Assembly: GCA_951406725.2 (NCBI GenBank)
Contig: OX597821.1
Coordinates: forward strand, 97,464,001-97,528,000
Origin: Octopus vulgaris
Taxonomy: Eukaryota
Direction of reading: 5' to 3'
DNA length: 64,000 nt
The first letter of the stretch is position 1. Every line of letters starts with the position of its first letter. Below are positions 54,201 through 63,611 of this stretch, one piece after another. Under the pieces are notes generated by a model. That model was not told the DNA's origin and ran no database searches. It worked only from the letters and a program-made list of their open reading frames with translations. The position numbers and the translations under genes were made by a program.

Positions 54201-57200
54201 TTTGTTCTTTTATTCTATAATTTCTTTCAAGCATTGGACTGCGGCCTTGTTGGAGTACCACTGAAAAAGGTTTAGTGAATCAAGTCAATCCTTGTACTTA
54301 TTTTAACTCTGGTACTTCTTCTGCTGGTAGCTTTTTGCTGAGTCGTTAAGTTTCAGAAATGCAAACAAACCAACATAGGTTTTCAAGTGGCAGAGAACAC
54401 AAAAATGCACTCACTCACACATATACACATATACATATGTGTGTTTGAGTGTGTCTCTGTATAAACAGATAGATTCATATATGTCAGGGTCCCCCGATCC
54501 CTTATCTGGTGGTCAATGAGGAAACTAGGGATAGATGAATGGTTAGTGAGAGCTGTACAAGCCATGTACAGAGACGCTGCTAGTAAGGTGAGGGTTGGCA
54601 CCGAGTACAGTGAAGAATTCAGGGTAGAGGTTGGGGTCCACCAAGGTTCAGTCCTCAGCCCCCTCCTATTTATCATAGTCCTCCAGGCAATAACGGAGGA
54701 ATTCAAGACTGGATGCCCCTGGGAGCTCCTCTATGCTGATGACCTTGCTCTAATTGCTGAGTCTCTATCAGAACTGGAGGAGAAGTTTCAGGTGTGGAAG
54801 CAAGGTTTAGAATCGAAGGGCCTTAGAATCAACCTAGCCAAAACCAAAGTCCTAATAAGTAGGAAGGTAGACCAATCACAAACGCCTTCAGGTAGATGGC
54901 CTTGCTCGATCTGTAGAAAAGGCGTAGGTAGAAACTCTATAAGATGCACCAAATGTAAGCTATGGACAAATAAGAGATGTAGTAATGTCAAAGGAAGACT
55001 AACTAGGAAAATAGTTTTTATCTGTGACAGATGCTCAGGAGCAATAAACTCTGAAAATATGCAGAGACCAACTTCTATCACGTTTCAGGGAGAAAAACTA
55101 GAAGTAGTTGATAGCTTCCGCTACCTAGGTGACCAAGTCAGTAGTGGGGGCGGGTGTGCTGAAAGTATAACTGCTAGAGTAAGAATAGCCTGGGCAAAGT
55201 TTAGAGAGCTCTTACCCCTACTGGTGACAAAAGGCCTCTCGCTCAAAGTAAAGGGCAGACTGTATGATGCATGTGTACGTACAGCCATGCTACATGGTAG
55301 TGAAACTTGGGCTGTGACTGCTGAGGATTTACGTAAGCTCGCAAGAAATGAAGCTAGTATGCTCCGTTGGATGTGTAATGTCAGTGTTCATAGTCGACAG
55401 AGTGTAAGTACCTTGAGAGAAAAGTTGGACCTAAGAGGCATCAGATGTTGTGTGCAAGAGAGACGATTGCGCTGGTATGGTCATGTGGCGAGAATGGACG
55501 AAGATAGGTGTGTGAAAAAGTGCCACACCCTGGCAGTTGAGAGGACCTGTGGAAGAGGTAGACCCAGGAAAACCTGGGTCGAGGTGGTGAAGCACGACCT
55601 TCGAACTCTAGGTCTCACCAAGGAAATGACCAGAGACCGAGACCTGCGGAAGTATGCTGTGCGTGAGAAGACCCGGCAAGACCAGTGAGAACAATCAAAA
55701 TCAAATCATATATCCGTGTCCGCTGCCAAGCACCATTCGCTCATGGCCGTTTGCCAGCTCTGTCTGGCCCCGTGTCGGTGGCACGTAAAAGCACCATCCG
55801 CTCGTGTTCGTTGCCAGCCTCGGCTGGCCCCCGTGCCGGTGACACGTAAAAGCACCGTCCGTTCGTGGCCGTTTGCCAGCTCTGTCTGGCCCCGTGTCGG
55901 TGGCACGTAAAAGCACCATCCATTCGTGTCCGTTGCCAGCCTCGGCTGGCCCCCGTGCCGGTGACACGTAAAAGCACCATCCGTTCATGGCCGTTTGCCA
56001 GCTCTGTCTGGCCCCGTGTCCGTGGCATGTAACAGCACCATCCGTTCGTGTTCGTTGCCAGCCTCGGCTGGCCCCCGTGCCACTGACACGTAAAAGTACC
56101 GTCCGTGGCTGTTTGCCAGCTCTGTCTGGCCCTGTGCCGGTGACACGTAAAAGCACCATCCGTTCGTGGCCGTTGTGCCAGCTCTGTCTGGCACCTGTGC
56201 AGGTGGCACGTAAAAACACCCACTACACTCGCGGAGTGGTTGGCGTTAGGAAGGGCATCCAGCCGTAGAAACACTGCCAAATCTGACTGGGCCTGATGAA
56301 GCCTTCCGGCTTCACAGACCCCAGTTAAACCGTCCAACCCATGCTAGCATGGAAAGCGGATGCTAGATGATGATGATGAGGGCAGCGAGCTGGCAGAAAC
56401 GTTAGCACGCCGCGCGAAATGCTTTGCAGTATTTCGTCTGCCATTACCTTCTGAGTTCAAATTCCACCGAGGTTGACTTTGCCTTTCATCCTTTCGGGGT
56501 CGATTAAATAAGTACCAGTTACGCACTGGGGTCGATGTAATCGACTTAATCCGTTTGTCTGTCCGTGTTTGTCCCCTCTGTGTTTAGCCCCTTGTGGGTA
56601 GTAAAGAAATGATATATATATATATATTATACACACACATATATATATATATATATATTATACACACATACACACACATATGTCATCATCATCATTTAAT
56701 GTCCGTTTTCCATGTTGGCATGGGTTGGACAGTTTGATTGAAAAGCTGGGGAGCTGCACCAGGTTTCAGTCTGATTTGGCATAGTTTCTACTGCTGGATG
56801 ATGATGATTATGATGATGATACCCTTCCTAACACCAACCACTCCAAGAGTCTAGTGGGTGCTTTTTACATGCCACGGGCACAGGTGTCACTTACAAAACT
56901 CCTGGCATCTGCCGTGACTCTGATCTCACTTGGTTTGACAGGTCTTCTCAAGCACAGTGCATTGCCAAAGGTCTCAGTCACTTCTCACTACCTCTGTGAG
57001 GCCCAAAGTTTGAAGGCTGCATTTTACATGACACCGGCATGGGTGCCAGGTATGCAACGCTCGCATCAGCCACAACTACAATCTCACTTGGCTTGATGGG
57101 TGTTCTCAAACATGGTATATTGCCAAAGGTTTCAGTCACGGAGTGGCTGTGTGGTAAGTAGCTTGTTTACCAACCACATGATTCCGGGTTCAGTTCCACT

Positions 57201-57253
57201 GCGTGGCACTTTGAGTGAATTTGGTAGACAGAAACTGAAAGAAGCCCGTCGTA

Positions 57254-57293
<40 letters not shown>

Positions 57294-60200
57294 TGTTTGT
57301 GTGTCTGTGTTTGTCCCCCTAGCATTGCTTGACAACCGATGCTGGTGTGTTTATGTCCTCATTACTTAGCGGTTCAGCAAAAGAGACCGATAGAATAAGT
57401 ACTGGGCTTACAAAAGAATAAGTCCCGGGGTCGAGTTGTTCGATTAAAGGCGGTGCTCCAGCATGGCCGCAGTCAAATGACTGAAACAAGTAAAAGATAA
57501 ACGATGAAAGATACATGCATGTGTGTGTGTGTGTATAACATACATACATACAAACATACACATTGTATATATGTATGTATGTATGTATATATTCACAACA
57601 CACAGTTTCCATCTACCAAATTCCCTTACAAGACATTGGTCAGCTCAGGGCTATAGTGGAAGATATTTGTCATAAGTGCCTATCAGTGGGATTGAACTTA
57701 AATCCATGTCATTGCAAAGCAAACTTCCAAATCACACAGCCATGCCTATACCTAGTGTTATTCCACTTATTTATAAACAGAATGTCTGTCATGCAATTAG
57801 TCAAGATTCTCAATGGAACTTTATCACATCCATAGCCGAGAGGCACTTTATTCTCAACACCATCCGATCGTGGCCGTTGCCAGCCTTGCCTGGCCTCTGT
57901 GCCGGTGGAACGTAAAAGGCACCATTCGAGCGTGGCCATTCGCCAGCCTTGTCTGGCACCTGTGTCGGTGGCACGTAAAAAGCACCCACTGCACTCACGG
58001 AGTGGTTGGCGTTAGGAAGGGCATCCAGCTGTAGAAACACTGCCAGATCTGACTGGGCCTGGTGCAGCCTTCTGGCTTCCCAGACCCCAGTTGAACCGTC
58101 CAACCCATGCTAGCATGGAAAGTGGACATTAAACGATGATGATGATGATACATTTCACACACATCCAACACATTATAAATCTGGTCTGAGGATAGCAACA
58201 ACTCCAGTGCAGTACTAATTTCATGGTCTTACTTTCAGTTCAGTGCTGTAGTGGTATACAGTTGTAAAGTTAGAAAGTTTTGACTCAGATTTAGAATTAA
58301 TGAGAAACATACTGAAGTTATGTTAAGTGGTGTCTAGTAAAACTTAACTGTCCAATATCACAGTATACTTAGAATACTTATATGGAGGTCAGCACTTGAC
58401 CTTTGTTTACCATGTGGATGATTTCTCAGAACTACTCACTTTTCATTGTACAGTCGAATATGTGTAAAGTGACTTCCTGGGAAAATGAGTTATTTAGTTA
58501 TTAAAAGTAAATTTTTCAAGTGGATTATTCATGAGAAGTATTTTTTAAAAAGATATAATCATTCCTAATAATCAACTAACATTCGGAATGTTATCACTTC
58601 ATTCAGTGGAAGGTCACTGGGAGATCTTTATCATTCTTTTTTTTACTGTCATCAAACGTTTGTCTCTGACCATTCTGGCACATGTGAGACATCTCACACA
58701 TACCCAACACATTAATGTAACAGTTTGAGTGCATCCAAATAATATTATACAATGAGCTAAGGTGTAGATCTGACATGAACAGTTCACAGACCATACTTAT
58801 GGTAGTATGATTGTATGACCAGGCTTATGGTACAGTGTTTATATAACCAGACTTATAATAATAATAATAATAATAAAACATTGTGTACAGTGCTCAGGTG
58901 CACTACAACTCATCTAAAGTGTATGTATAGTACATAGGGTAATGTACAAGCGTCAGGAAAAGAACAGTGCATGAGTCATGACATACACATATGTGTATGA
59001 GTATGGAAGGGGGACAATCAGGTGTAGTTTCGGAGGATTTCGGAAAGTATGAGGGCCTTAAAGGATGCAGTGTCATGGCAGTCAACAACTGACGCAGGCT
59101 GTTTGTTCCATGCTTCAGCAACTCTGAGCGTGAAAAATGTTTCCGAAAGTCATGGGAGCTGTGCTGTTTTCTGACTTTGTAGGCATGTCCACGTGTGTTG
59201 GACACATGGAGATCAAAAAGGTGTTCAGTGTTGTTGTTGGTGAGGTGGTTGATAACTTTGTGGGTGTTTACCAAGTCCATCGCCAGACACCGGAGCTTCA
59301 GTGAATCCATGCCCAATCACTTGTGTGATTGACTTTTGTATAATGATCCCTGCAGGTAAACCATGAGTGGGGAAGCCTTTACACAATTGCTCAACCTGCT
59401 AGGATTTATGGCCCAACTCTCTGAAATTACACTCTAGCATTTTAAATAAAGAATTCCATTTTAAACAATGTAGATCCAGATGTACAAAAAGAGTGTGGGA
59501 ACATGACTGGAATACTTTTGTTCAAATATCTGCTCAATCAGGGCTGAGCCGAAGCTAAACATTAATATGAAGAGGGAAGAGTTTACAGTGGATTTGAATT
59601 CTGAGGAAAAAAATTGAGAAAGTGTCTAAGATTAAAGGAACTGATACAAAACAGAGGTGATGAGGCCCACCTGACATACTCATATCATAGCAGAGGTAGA
59701 TGACAGCTTATAGTTCAAAGAAATAGAGTTCTTTGTCATAGATATAGAAAAGGCATTTAGAAGGAAATGCATTAGCAGTATCCCAGATCCATGATCAATT
59801 CTGCAGTGTAGTATTAAGTTTCCTTAGAGGTTATCAACTAATCAGGGCAGAGGTATTTTATAGACTATTCTTTGTTATACAGTTTTTGGTTTGTTACATA
59901 TGCATGGTCATTTTGAAAGGTTGCTAGATATAGCATTGATAATGATTCTGAGGATATTTTTATGGTACATGACTGTTTGTTTGGAACATTTAGTAAATGT
60001 GTATTGAAGTTGTTTATTGGGACTAAACTGTCATGTTTCTATTGTAGATTGTTTTATGAGGTTTTTGTTGTTGATGGAAACAGTATATATCTTGCATGTG
60101 CATGACACATACGTGCAGATGGTTAAATAGAGATAAAGGATAGCCATCATCAACACAACTGTATATGTGTAGCTAGAAGTGATAATGTGTTGGTCATTAA

Positions 60201-61222
60201 CCCTTTCATTACTGTATTTATTTTGAGATGCTCAGTGTTTCTTTCAATTACTTTAAATATAACAAAAAATTTAGTAAAATAACTTAGTTATCATTAAGCT
60301 AGTGTTAGGAACATAAATTGTGACTTAGGTTTGGTGGAAGATTTTTATTCAAAACATATGGAAACAAGACATTTGTACTCGGAGCCAGAGCCGGTTTCAG
60401 TCGGGTTGGTATTGAAAGAGTTAATGAATGTTGAGTAATGCTTATAAAGTAACTTAGGTGCTCAAACCTGACTTACTCTATGGTTTTGCTGGTATTAAAA
60501 GTAAAACCATTGTTTTTGCCAATGGCAAGAATGTCAAGAAAGATTTTCTGTAGATCTGGCCTTACAGAGAATTTTCTGATGGTTATGGCTCAGCAGTTAG
60601 AGCACTCGGCTCACAATCATGAGGTAATGTGTTCAATTCCCAGACTGAGTCATGTATTGTGTTCTTGAGCAAGGCACTTAATTTCACATTACTCCAGTCC
60701 ACTCATCTGTAGAAATGAGTTGTGACATCACTGGTGTCAAGCTGTACTGGACTTTGTCTTTCCCTTGGATAACATCAGTGGTGTGGAGAGAGCAGGCTGG
60801 TATGCATGGGTGACTGCTGGTCTTCTATAAACAACCTTGCCTGGACTTTTATATATCAAAAGTATTAAAAGTTTATTAAACTTTTAAACTTTTGATATAT
60901 AAAAAAATAAATAAAAAATAAAATTAAAAAAATAAATAAATTAATTAATTAATTAATTAATAAATAAAATAATATATAAAAATATACATACATACATATA
61001 TATATTTGTATATATATATATATAAAATTTATAAGTTTAAATTATTTAATTAATTATTTATTTTTAAATTATTTTATGTATTGGCTTATGTTTTTCACTG
61101 TTTGATTTGCCTAATAGTGGTTTTAACTCTAATTTAATATAATATAATATATTTATACTATAAAATTGGATTTAATCCTAAATCTCATTTTTCCCTGTAA
61201 GTTTGGATTTATTCCCTAATAT

Positions 61223-61260
<38 letters not shown>

Positions 61261-62443
61261 AGCAGCTTGACTCAAGATTATAAGACACTGATAAAAGGCT
61301 ACATGTTTCTGGAAATGGGGCAGTGACAGAGACCCAGGATGTGTGTGGGGTTGGAAAAAAGAGTATGATGGTAGACAGAGTGGAACAGAGTGATGGCAAG
61401 CAGTACATGATGGAATTGTGAAAGTAGATTGTTACTGGATATGATTGATCCAATGTAGCCTCCTGTACATTAACTTCATAAATGGGCTGGGAAAGTCAAT
61501 AAATGAGGGAAAATGGAAATGAATTCTTACATATTAAGAGATATAGAAAGGAGGTCTTATATTTTAATACTTTGTAACTAACTTTTTGTCATTCTACTAT
61601 CAGACTGAATTCTCTACACAATGACTGCGAACGACAACAAGATGACTTGCAGCAATTGGAAGCTGACATTCAAGAAAGCCAGAGTAAGTCCATTTCTAAG
61701 ATTATAGAGCTAAATATTTTACTTGAGTTTTTATTAAATGTTGTTACTGTTTTTTCCTTTTTGGTTTTTATCTTTTGTTGCTAATTCTTTTATTGTAGCT
61801 TGGGAGGAGGGTCATTATGCCAATAACAAACACTTGCACTGGTTCTATTTTATTTTTCTTTATTATTATTAGTTAACCGTTTCACTAATTAACTAATTGA
61901 TTACTTGATTAATCATTCAGTCATCAATCAATCAATCAATAAGCTAGATTCATCAGAGTCTTTTCATCGCTATTTGCATAGGGGACTGACAGACCTGAAG
62001 TAGCGAGAGCATGTTATTTGTGAGGTCATAAATGGTGATAAATGGTGATGAAAGAACTCTGACACATCTAGCCGCTTGACTGATTGATTGAATGTTTAAT
62101 CAAGCAATCAATTAGTCAGTTTATTAAATGGTTAATTAGTTGACTAATAATAATAAAAGTGAAATAGAGCCTGTGCATGTGTTCATAATGAATCTCCAAA
62201 GATAGAACAAAATCTGTTTCAACACATGATTTCACATCAAGAATCTTACAAACCAAATATGAAAAAGAAATATTTTAAGTTCCTTTCGTTATTCTTTTTC
62301 TTAATGGACAGTGTGTGTATTATGTATGTATAGAGTAACCCCTTTTATATACCTGTGTATATTTATATATGCATGTTTCTTTGTTTCAGGCGAAGGCTTC
62401 CTGAAATATCAAAAGCTCAAGAAAAAAGAAGCTGTTATTGATG
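16410..62443 (+). CDS. IFT74: Intraflagellar transport protein 74 homolog, spliced gene (15 coding exons found here; 5' start exon upstream, 3' part beyond the window)
   Basis: Exons joined by hand with GT-AG boundaries and matching phases give ...[155 protein letters not shown]...SPEAERNRLLKQLKSDNQEIATFERQL...KYQKLKKKEAVID. This matches remembered vertebrate IFT74 motifs ([76 protein letters not shown]). Confidence 0.96.
16900..17402 (-). mobile_element. CR1/L2-type LINE 3' fragment
   Basis: KDIQHLERVQKLAT...YEERLKTLDLYSLEKRRRRGDLI...WNKLP; (TAAC)n tail. Confidence 0.92.
19172..19686 (-). mobile_element. Non-autonomous Helitron
   Basis: On the - strand it begins TC(TATATATATAAAA), ends with GC-rich CCGAGCAACGCCGGG and CTAG, and is inserted between A and T with no TSD. 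Confidence 0.8.
19687..19972. mobile_element. Short PLE-type pseudo-LTR fragment with inverted arms; sister copy at 30205-30462
   Basis: ~95 bp arms (19687-19780 vs 19814-19909) around a hammerhead-like core. Shared tail CACACAATCTCAGATCAAATCACTTGCTATGCA also occurs at 15451-15485. Confidence 0.7.
23336..23382 (+). CDS. IFT74: IFT74 exon ([16 protein letters not shown])
   Basis: cctttctcaag| ... atg|gtaagt, 47 nt. Resembles vertebrate ...RVATAM. Confidence 0.85.
25150..25905. repeat. (GGT)n/(GAT)n degenerate trinucleotide low-complexity region
   Basis: Direct reading; produces the poly-P/G/T/M pseudo-ORFs. Confidence 0.97.
27281..27338 (+). CDS. IFT74: IFT74 exon ([19 protein letters not shown])
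   Basis: tttcccacag| ... g|gtcagt, 58 nt, phase 0 in / 1 out, bridges both neighbouring exons. Confidence 0.8.
28421..28913 (+). mobile_element. Mariner (SETMAR/Hsmar-like) element, internally deleted, 3' TIR lost
   Basis: TA-TTGGGTTGTCCGGAAAGTTC 5' TIR. N-terminus MEDKKVHFRHLMLWE is fused directly to the C-terminal [29 protein letters not shown]...WRRIVQQNGSY. Confidence 0.92.
30277..30327 (-). ncRNA. Hammerhead-like motif with compensated G3-C8 core (copy on + strand at 19779-19829)
   Basis: TTTGTCA-GTGAACA-G-GTTGC-GGTCTTAAA-GCGAC-GAAA-ATAT-TT-TGACAAA: 7 bp stem I, 5 bp stem II, palindromic AATATT stem III. Confidence 0.65.
33790..34622 (+). mobile_element. L1/Tx1-type LINE 3' fragment
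   Basis: DNFQRSLAWQCYRGALPVRDK...CPR..DKTVLHVLIQCP (zinc-knuckle region), AKEVIWWTR; AATAAA then (ATT)n tail. Confidence 0.8.
35254..35331 (+). CDS. IFT74: IFT74 exon ([26 protein letters not shown])
   Basis: tag| ... g|gtaagt, 78 nt, conserved RPxTQQGLxxMKTG motif. Confidence 0.95.
36518..36566 (+). CDS. IFT74: IFT74 exon ([17 protein letters not shown])
   Basis: cctttag| ... ag|gtgaga, 49 nt, conserved motif. Confidence 0.95.
40221..40610. mobile_element. Helentron-associated (HINE/DINE-like) non-autonomous element
   Basis: TTACCTCTGCCAA..GGAGGTTAT start, (TCTG)n, subterminal inverted TTGGTGGAGGT followed by the GCGCTCTCTGAGTGT hairpin. Confidence 0.65.
40702..40800 (+). CDS. IFT74: IFT74 exon ([33 protein letters not shown])
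   Basis: gttttag| ... ag|gtagtt, 99 nt. Confidence 0.95.
40915..41495 (+). mobile_element. RTE-type LINE 3' fragment (older relative of the 54.5 kb element)
   Basis: Aligns to 55450-55690 (RLxWYxHV..MEEDSCVKKCH..CGRGRPRKTW) and carries the same 3' UTR and (GAT)n tail. Confidence 0.85.
42375..42857. mobile_element. Tc1/pogo-type MITE
   Basis: TIRs CTGTAAATCCTCGAGTATAATCCAC / GTGGACTATACTCAAGTATTTATGG, TA at the left end. Confidence 0.75.
43797..43857 (+). CDS. IFT74: IFT74 exon ([20 protein letters not shown])
   Basis: ttgcag| ... |gtgagt, 61 nt; visible inside ORF 43693..43890. Confidence 0.95.
44130..44470 (+). mobile_element. CR1-type LINE 3' fragment (related copy 58860-59316 on - strand)
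   Basis: DVNRLEAVQQRATKRIPSIRHLPYSERLTSLGMDTLKRRRLAD. Confidence 0.88.
44986..45045 (+). CDS. IFT74: IFT74 exon (LVDKLTTDEDIQDVNYDYND)
   Basis: tttctag| ... |gtaagt, 60 nt. Confidence 0.95.
46784..46845 (+). CDS. IFT74: IFT74 exon (LRVQNEKEVKDIERLFEATKE)
   Basis: tttcag| ... ga|gtaagt, 62 nt. Confidence 0.92.
47579..47657 (+). CDS. IFT74: IFT74 exon (KEKQISKLEKELSDEKELAESLINDM)
   Basis: ttatgtag| ... |gtaaga, 79 nt. Confidence 0.93.
49760..51988 (+). mobile_element. Degraded CR1-type LINE (RT region), interrupted by an RTE 3' UTR copy at ~50885-51110
   Basis: Fragments SPDSKVFWEYVYSKQR, NYCPVSLTSYITTLMES, QFGFIPNSSCCNQL, YLDFAEAFNSV, FEFASSVWNP..HINLLETIQKHATR; (ATT)n tail. Confidence 0.88.
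52010..52132 (+). CDS. IFT74: IFT74 exon (EPELKKKYSKMK...NSKVQILQE)
   Basis: ctacag| ... |gttagt, 123 nt, coiled coil. Confidence 0.92.
52652..52685 (+). CDS. IFT74: IFT74 small exon (DLMKSPARQKA)
   Basis: ttccaatag| ... g|gtatgt, 34 nt. Needed to keep phase; aligns to vertebrate EIAHSQVKQEA. Confidence 0.88.
53434..53584 (+). CDS. IFT74: IFT74 exon (VQLYKRKDELE...SPEAERNRLLKQLKSDNQEIATFERQ)
   Basis: tttcag| ... ca|gtaagt, 151 nt, conserved LLKQxKxDNQEIA. Confidence 0.95.
54487..56378 (+). mobile_element. RTE-clade LINE, 5'-truncated, open RT frame of 390 aa plus 3' UTR with tandem array and (GAT)n tail
   Basis: VGVHQGSVLSPLLF, LLYADDL, FRYLG, AMLHGSETW, RRLRWYGHV, RGRPRKTW. Standalone 3' UTR copies at ~11549-11828, 21190-21487, 24225-24537, 38510-38705, 52890-53132, 57858-58148. 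Confidence 0.95.
61604..61683 (+). CDS. IFT74: IFT74 exon (LNSLHNDCERQQDDLQQLEADIQESQ)
   Basis: tatcag| ... a|gtaagt, 80 nt. Confidence 0.9.
62390..62443 (+). CDS. IFT74: IFT74 exon (SEGFLKYQKLKKKEAVID)
   Basis: gtttcag| ... g|gtaaga, 54 nt; aligns to GEMNQKYKELKKREEHMD. Confidence 0.92.
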
Positions 62444-63107
62444 GTAAGATATTCCTCATTACTAAGAAAATGGAATATAAAAGATATTTCTATAATATTT
62501 CCTTTCAAAAGCTATGATTTTTTTTCTTCTCACTTTCATGATCTAAATGTTGTAATTTGCATTCATTGAAGGCAGCTGAAATTATCAAAGCTATGGCTTT
62601 CTAATCTGCTCAGGTTTATCTCTCTTTGGTATCTCTTACTGAGGAAGGCCAAAGAGCCAGAAATGCATCCAGGTGTCTGATAGAGGACGACACTGTGCAG
62701 ATAAGATGTTTTTACATCTTCTACCATAAGCAAGAATTTCTCTCCACAGTAAACTGCAATGAAATTGCCTTCAGAAGTTAAAATATGTGACAAATATATC
62801 TGAACCAACCTAATATCATCATCATCATCATCATCAACATCATCATTTAACGTCTGCCTTCCATGCTGACATGGGTGGGACAGTTTGACAGGGGCCAGCC
62901 AGTCAGAGGCCTGCACCAAACTTCTGTGACTGTTTTGACAGGATTTTTAAGCTGGATGCCCTTCCTAACACCAACCACTCAGCAGAGTGGACTATATATA
63001 TATATAGTTAATCCAAACATGAAAACACAAAGAGAAAACACAACAACGTGAGGACGTGGAACAAATGTAGTATTATTGGACACTCAGGAAGTTAGGGAAG
63101 AAGGAGG

Positions 63108-63142
63108 GTTTAACGTTTCGAGTGGAGCTCTTCGTCGGAAAC
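63108..63142 (-). ncRNA. Minimal PLE-type hammerhead-like motif (U4C variant)
   Basis: GTTT-CCGACGA-A-GAG-CTCCA-CTC-GAAACGT-T-AAAC on the - strand, with ACGT palindromic stem III. Confidence 0.55.
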
Positions 63143-63291
63143 ATAGGAGAAGGAAAGATCCAGAGAAGGGAAGACAGAGGAATATATATATATATAAAGA
63201 ATCAAATGTTTTGAATGACACAACAATGCCCTATAATACAAACAATGGACTATAATTATAATAACTGTAGTAATTTAATCATCCATAGTCT

Positions 63292-63331
63292 GATATAATA
63301 TTTCGGAATAAAAATTCCTTCTCCAGCTATC
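63292..63331 (-). ncRNA. Minimal PLE-type hammerhead-like motif (A6G, probably decayed)
   Basis: GATAG-CTGGAGA-A-GGAA-TTTTTA-TTCC-GAAATAT-T-ATATC on the - strand. Confidence 0.55.
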
Positions 63332-63611
63332 CCTAGGAATTGATGGAGTCACTGCTATAATCGGTTTTCCAACAGCTTTTCTGGGTTTTTTTTTTTCTGG
63401 AAACATCTCAGCAGTGGTCTCACAAAGCTTCTTCCGGAATTCCTCATGAGAAGTGCATGAGGTCGGCCACGTCGCAATCTCGTGTGTGCTGGCACATCTG
63501 TAGCACTGCTTCTAAGTCATGTGTTATACATGCAGCTTCCTTTTATTTTTTTCCCTTCTCCTTTTTTTGTTATCAACAATACATCTATCTATATATATAT
63601 ATATATATATA

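Noticed and set aside
55730-56225. CRISPR-like appearance of the regular array
   Set aside because: Eukaryotic context, no unique spacers, no cas genes; it is a tandem repeat in a LINE 3' UTR.
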